Source of the DNA: Candidatus Velthaea sp.
Lineage (GTDB): Bacteria; Vulcanimicrobiota; Vulcanimicrobiia; Vulcanimicrobiales; Vulcanimicrobiaceae
Reading direction: 5' to 3'
NCBI GenBank assembly: GCA_965214935.1
Contig: CBDCCS010000022.1
Span: forward strand, 288,001-352,000
Length of the DNA stretch: 64,000 bases
Positions 59,637-64,000 of the stretch are shown in pieces (position 1 is the stretch's first letter; the number at the start of each line of letters is the position of its first letter). The notes under the pieces are model-generated. The model was given only the letters and a program-made list of their open reading frames with translations. It was not told the origin of the DNA and did not search any database. The position numbers were made by a program, and so were the translations under genes.

Positions 59637-61058
59637 ATGAGCACTTTGGTCAACGGCACGGCGACCCGCGTTGAATCGGACAGTATGGGCAAAATCGAGG
59701 TTCCGGCCGACCGGTATTACGGCGCTCAATCTGCCCGCTCGCTCATTCACTTCGACATCGGCGACGGCCATGCCGCGCGCGATGTCATGCCGACGCAAAT
59801 AATCCGCGCCATGGCACTGCTCAAAAAAGCCGCTGCGCTCGTCAATGCCGATCTCGGCAAACTCGATGCGGAGAAGACCAGACTCATTGTGGCGGCAGCC
59901 GATGAAGTGATTGCCGGTCGCTTAGCGGAGCATTTTCCGCTGCGTGTATGGCAGACGGGTTCGGGCACGCAGACCAACATGAACGTCAACGAAGTCATCA
60001 GCAATCGTGCCATCGAGATAGCCGGCGGAGAGATGGGTTCGAAACAACCGATTCACCCCAACGACCACGTGAATATGTCGCAGTCGTCGAACGACACGTT
60101 TCCAACCGCAATGCACATGGCGGCAGCCGAGGCGATGGTCGCGTTGCTCCCGGCCGTCCGCGCGTTACGCGACGCACTCGACGGCAAAGCACAGCAGTGG
60201 GCGACGATCGTCAAGGTTGGCCGCACGCATTTACAGGACGCCACGCCGCTCACCCTCGGTCAGGAGTTCTCCGGGTACGTCTCGCAGCTCGACCGCGATG
60301 TCGTGCGCTGCAACGAAGCCCTCGACGGCCTCTACGATCTTGCAATCGGCGGCACGGCAGTCGGCACGGGTCTCAATGCACCGGCGGAATTTGCCGAACG
60401 CGCGGCGAGCAAGATCGCCGAACTCACCGGCTTACCGTTTCGTTCGCATCCCAACAAGTTCGCGGCACTCGCGTCGCACGACGAAGTCGTCTATGCGTCG
60501 GGGGCGCTGAAAACGCTGGCTGCTTCGTTGATGAAGATCGCTAACGATGTGCGTTGGCTGGCATCCGGTCCGCGGGCCGGCATCGGCGAGCTCATACTGC
60601 CTGAAAATGAGCCGGGGTCTTCGATCATGCCGGGCAAAGTCAATCCGACGCAATCCGAAGCGATGACGATGGTGTGCGTTCAGGTGTTCGGTAACGATGT
60701 AGCCATCGGCTTCGGCGGTTCGCAAGGCAATTTCGAGCTCAATGTTTTCAATCCGGTGATGATTTATAATTTTTTGCATTCGACGACATTGCTGCGCGAT
60801 GCGTGTACGATGTTCCGCGAGCACGCCGTCGAGGGGCTTGAAGCAAACGAAGCGGTGATCAAACACTATCTTGATGATTCGCTCATGACGGTGACTGCGC
60901 TCTCACCGCATATCGGCTACGATAAATCGGCGGAAATTGCAAAGAAAGCGCATCACGACAAAACGCAACTCAAAGATGCAGCGCTTGCACTCGGCTACGT
61001 GAACAGCGACGATTTCGATCGTTTCGTCGTTCCCGCCGACATGACACATCCACGCTAA
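59637..61058 (+). CDS. fumC: Class II fumarate hydratase
   Basis: [40 protein letters not shown]. Confidence 0.97.
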   Translation: MSTLVNGTATRVESDSMGKIEVPADRYYGAQSARSLIHFDIGDGHAARDVMPTQIIRAMALLKKAAALVNADLGKLDAEKTRLIVAAADEVIAGRLAEHFPLRVWQTGSGTQTNMNVNEVISNRAIEIAGGEMGSKQPIHPNDHVNMSQSSNDTFPTAMHMAAAEAMVALLPAVRALRDALDGKAQQWATIVKVGRTHLQDATPLTLGQEFSGYVSQLDRDVVRCNEALDGLYDLAIGGTAVGTGLNAPAEFAERAASKIAELTGLPFRSHPNKFAALASHDEVVYASGALKTLAASLMKIANDVRWLASGPRAGIGELILPENEPGSSIMPGKVNPTQSEAMTMVCVQVFGNDVAIGFGGSQGNFELNVFNPVMIYNFLHSTTLLRDACTMFREHAVEGLEANEAVIKHYLDDSLMTVTALSPHIGYDKSAEIAKKAHHDKTQLKDAALALGYVNSDDFDRFVVPADMTHPR

Positions 61059-61111
61059 CGAGCGGCTCAACCTACGCCAAGCCGCGGACGCGCTAACCGA
61101 ACCGGAGATTG

Positions 61112-61486
61112 ATGGAACTTCGCACCCTTGAGGAAACATTTGCCATTACCCGGCTGGCCGCCGATCAAGCGGTGCCGCCATGGGTCGGCGGTAAGGACCT
61201 GATCGCGGTCGTTCGCACCCGAAACGAACTATCGATCGTTTGCAGCGACGCTACGGTACCCGCCAACGTCACGGAAGTTCAGCGCGGCTTCAAGGCCTTG
61301 GTCGTGACCGGCACGCTTGATTTTGCGCTTACAGGGATCATCGCCGATCTCGCAAAGCCGCTGGCCGCTGCGGGAATCTCCATTTTCGGCATCTCAACGT
61401 ACGATACCGATCATATCCTGGTTCGTGAAGAAAGCCTCGATTCGGCGAAAAACGCATTAGCCGCCGCCGGTCACTCATTTCGTTAG
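61112..61486 (+). CDS. ACT-domain protein (ACT_7/CASTOR-like)
   Basis: RTRNELSIV, LDFALTGI, GISIFGISTYDTDHILV. Confidence 0.85.
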   Translation: MELRTLEETFAITRLAADQAVPPWVGGKDLIAVVRTRNELSIVCSDATVPANVTEVQRGFKALVVTGTLDFALTGIIADLAKPLAAAGISIFGISTYDTDHILVREESLDSAKNALAAAGHSFR

Positions 61487-61548
61487 CGGACGTCGCCGAA
61501 ATCAGGGCGAGGCAAGGCGTCATTCGCTTCTCGCCTAAGCAGCGGCCG

Positions 61549-63444
61549 GTGGTGAAAGCCATGATTGCCGCGGCCGTCTTTGCCGCTTTACCGCCGGCAT
61601 ACGCATCTGCGACAACAACGACGGTGACGCTCAGCGTCGATGCAACCGACGCACCACGACAAGTTTGGCACGCTCGGCTCGCGATCCCGATCACGTCGGA
61701 CGGCGACATCACACTGGTCTATCCGAAATGGATCCCGGGCAATCACGGGCCGACCGGTCCGATCGCCAACCTCGGTTCGCTGCGCGCTGCATGTAACGGC
61801 GCTCCGGTTGCCTGGACGCGCGATACCGTCGATCCGTATATGTTTCGCTTCGCGGTGCCGCCGGGCGCGCACGAACTCGACGTCAGCTACGATCTTTTCG
61901 AGGGAACGCGCGCGGCGGCAAACATGACGCCTCAACTTGCCGTTCTCGATTGGAATCAAGTCGTGCTGTATCCCAAGGATGCGCGCGCGCGTGACGTAAC
62001 GGTGGCAGCGGACATCGAGCTGCCCACCGGCTGGACTGCGGCAACCTCCTTATCACCGAGCAGCGCGACGACCGGATTTACTCCGCTACGCGGTCACGTG
62101 CGCTTTGCAACGGTAACGCTCGAAACGCTGGTCGACTCGCCGCTTTACACCGGTGCGCACGAACGGGTCGTGCCGCTCGTCAATGCGCGCGGGATGACCA
62201 GCGAGGTCGATCTCTTCGCCGACGCCACGAGCGATATCGATCCGACTTCGCTGCAAATCGCCCGCTGGCATAATCTCGTGACTCAAGCCGACGCATTGTT
62301 CGGCCGGCGTCATTGGCAGCACTATCACTTTCTCGTTACGTTGAGCGACGCCGAATCAGGACGCGGTCTCGAACATCATGAGTCGAGTGCGAACGGCCTG
62401 CCCGAGCGCTATCTCAGCGATAGCGATATCTATGAAGCCGGCTCGGATCTGCTCGCGCACGAATATACACACTCGTGGAACGGCAAATACCGCCGCCCGT
62501 TCGGCTTGATGACGCCGAACTTTCAAGTGCCGATGATCGACGACGATCTCTACGTCTATGAAGGCTTGACGCAATATTGGGGCATCGTACTAGCCGCGCG
62601 CAGCGGTTTGTCGCGCAGCGGTGAACTCGCGTACGATCTCTCGAGTTATTATGCGGCGCTCGACGTCGAACCCGGCCGCTCCACCCGTCCGCTCATCGAT
62701 ACGGCGCGCGCGCAGGGCTTGACGCGCGCAGCACAATCCGCGCAGGGACGATTCGCGCGCCGCGGCGAGGATTATTACACCGAAGGTGCGTTGATCTGGC
62801 TCGACGCCGACACGCTCATTCGCGAACGCACGCACGGTCGCAAGTCGCTCGACGATTTTGCACGCGCATTTTTCGGCGGCAGCGCCGATACGCCGCCGGC
62901 GGTCATCGGATATACACGACGCGATATTATTGCTGCGCTCAATGATGTGCTGGCGTACGACTGGACCGGCTTTTTCCATACACGTGTCGACGTCATCGCA
63001 ATTCATCCGCCGAACGGCGGGCTCGCGCGCGGCGGACGGCACCTTACCTTCACCTCGGAGCGGAACGACTTTCAGATTGCGCGCGAACGCATGACGCACA
63101 CGCTCGATGCAACGTACTCCCTGGGGACGGCCGTCGACGCCGATGGAACCGTCCGCTTCACGATCGATACGCTGCCGCTCGCACGTGCGGGCGTCGCGGC
63201 GGGTGCAAAGATTCTCGCAGTGAACGACGCGGAGTACTCGCTCGACCGCTTGCGGCTAGCTTTGCACGGCGCACGGAGCGAAGGGACGCCGATCACTTTG
63301 ATCCTCGACGATCTCGGCGTGATCCGGCGAGTGACCGTCGATTACCACGGCGGCGAACGGTATCCGCAACTGGTGCGCGATCCGGAGCGCGCCGACATTC
63401 TCGCGCAGATCGGCGCGCCCGTCAGCGTGCGGCCGAGGCGATGA
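61549..63444 (+). CDS. M61 glycyl aminopeptidase with PDZ domain
   Basis: Signal peptide, YPKWIPG, GLEHHES, HEYTHSWNGK, YEGLT.Y, PDZ-like C-terminus. Confidence 0.9.
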   Translation: MVKAMIAAAVFAALPPAYASATTTTVTLSVDATDAPRQVWHARLAIPITSDGDITLVYPKWIPGNHGPTGPIANLGSLRAACNGAPVAWTRDTVDPYMFRFAVPPGAHELDVSYDLFEGTRAAANMTPQLAVLDWNQVVLYPKDARARDVTVAADIELPTGWTAATSLSPSSATTGFTPLRGHVRFATVTLETLVDSPLYTGAHERVVPLVNARGMTSEVDLFADATSDIDPTSLQIARWHNLVTQADALFGRRHWQHYHFLVTLSDAESGRGLEHHESSANGLPERYLSDSDIYEAGSDLLAHEYTHSWNGKYRRPFGLMTPNFQVPMIDDDLYVYEGLTQYWGIVLAARSGLSRSGELAYDLSSYYAALDVEPGRSTRPLIDTARAQGLTRAAQSAQGRFARRGEDYYTEGALIWLDADTLIRERTHGRKSLDDFARAFFGGSADTPPAVIGYTRRDIIAALNDVLAYDWTGFFHTRVDVIAIHPPNGGLARGGRHLTFTSERNDFQIARERMTHTLDATYSLGTAVDADGTVRFTIDTLPLARAGVAAGAKILAVNDAEYSLDRLRLALHGARSEGTPITLILDDLGVIRRVTVDYHGGERYPQLVRDPERADILAQIGAPVSVRPRR

Positions 63445-64000
63445 TGCGCGTTGTTCCGGCGCTGCTGTCTTGCGCAGCATTGCTCGAGCTCAGCAGTCTG
63501 TCGGCGCATGCCGCGACGGCGCAGATTGCACCGCCGTTGACATTGCTGGTCGATGCGCGCGAGATTTCACGCAACGTCGTGCACGTGCGGCTCGACGTCC
63601 CCGTCAGCGGCGGCGCAACGATTTTGAACTTTCCGAAGTGGGTGCCCGGTGAACACGCGCCGGCGAACCCGGTTGTCGATCTGGCGATGCTGCAAGCTTC
63701 GGCGAACGGTGCCATTGTGCCGTGGGTGCGCGATCCCGTCGACCTGTTTCGCTTCACCTTTAGCGCACCGGCCGGTGCCACCGACTTAACATTGCGCTAC
63801 GACTTCTTGTTGGCGCCCGGTCATGCAACATCGCGACTAGCGCTCATGGACTGGAACTCCACGCTGTTGTATCCCGCCGGGGCGCGCATCGGCGAGCAGA
63901 CGGTCATGCCGTCGGTGCTGCTGCCGGCCGGCTGGGCCGTTGCGACGGCCCTTGACGGACCGGTTCGCAGTCCCGGCCGAATCGACTTCGGGCTCGTCAC
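63441..64000 (+). CDS. Second M61 family peptidase (truncated by window end)
   Basis: Own translation from ATG 63441: signal peptide, LLVDARE, FPKWVPGEH, WVRDPVDL, DWNSTLLYP; collinear with the preceding gene. Confidence 0.85.
   Translation, partial: MMRVVPALLSCAALLELSSLSAHAATAQIAPPLTLLVDAREISRNVVHVRLDVPVSGGATILNFPKWVPGEHAPANPVVDLAMLQASANGAIVPWVRDPVDLFRFTFSAPAGATDLTLRYDFLLAPGHATSRLALMDWNSTLLYPAGARIGEQTVMPSVLLPAGWAVATALDGPVRSPGRIDFGLV

Overview
GC-rich chromosomal window of about 60 genes. Gene order is Firmicutes/Actinobacteria-like (tilS-hpt-ftsH, yabE/rpfB-rsmA, GAAC-N4-GTTC LexA box), yet outer-membrane transport genes are present (TonB-domain protein, ExbB, two ExbD, a TonB-dependent receptor). 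This fits a diderm Terrabacteria member such as Ca. Eremiobacterota/Vulcanimicrobiota (inference only). Most content is housekeeping: rho, rluB, aroH/tyrA, rsmA, ftsH, hpt, tilS, smpB, moeA, serS, tsaC, pit, a sugar ABC transporter, MgtE-N/Nramp, fumC and two M61 peptidases. tRNA-Ser(TGA) at 35727 is flanked by a UvrD-like helicase and an AT-richer islet of two secreted repeat proteins. A cluster of single-base frameshifts at 20-26 kb hits normally essential genes and most likely reflects assembly error. I found no CRISPR array, integrase or transposase. Best leads: (1) a GSI-alpha glutamine synthetase homologue missing catalytic arginines but keeping the feedback Arg, overlapping a PucR regulator (possible pseudo-enzyme sensor); (2) a LexA-boxed promoter driving an apparently inactive RNase H-fold protein and mpg; (3) two secreted, HXXEH-less M16 proteins translationally coupled to ftsH; (4) two paralogous small Sm/LSm-like proteins, one in a helicase-LSm-Nudix run; (5) a helicase with a DUF3363-like tail. 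All family calls are from motif recognition, not database searches.
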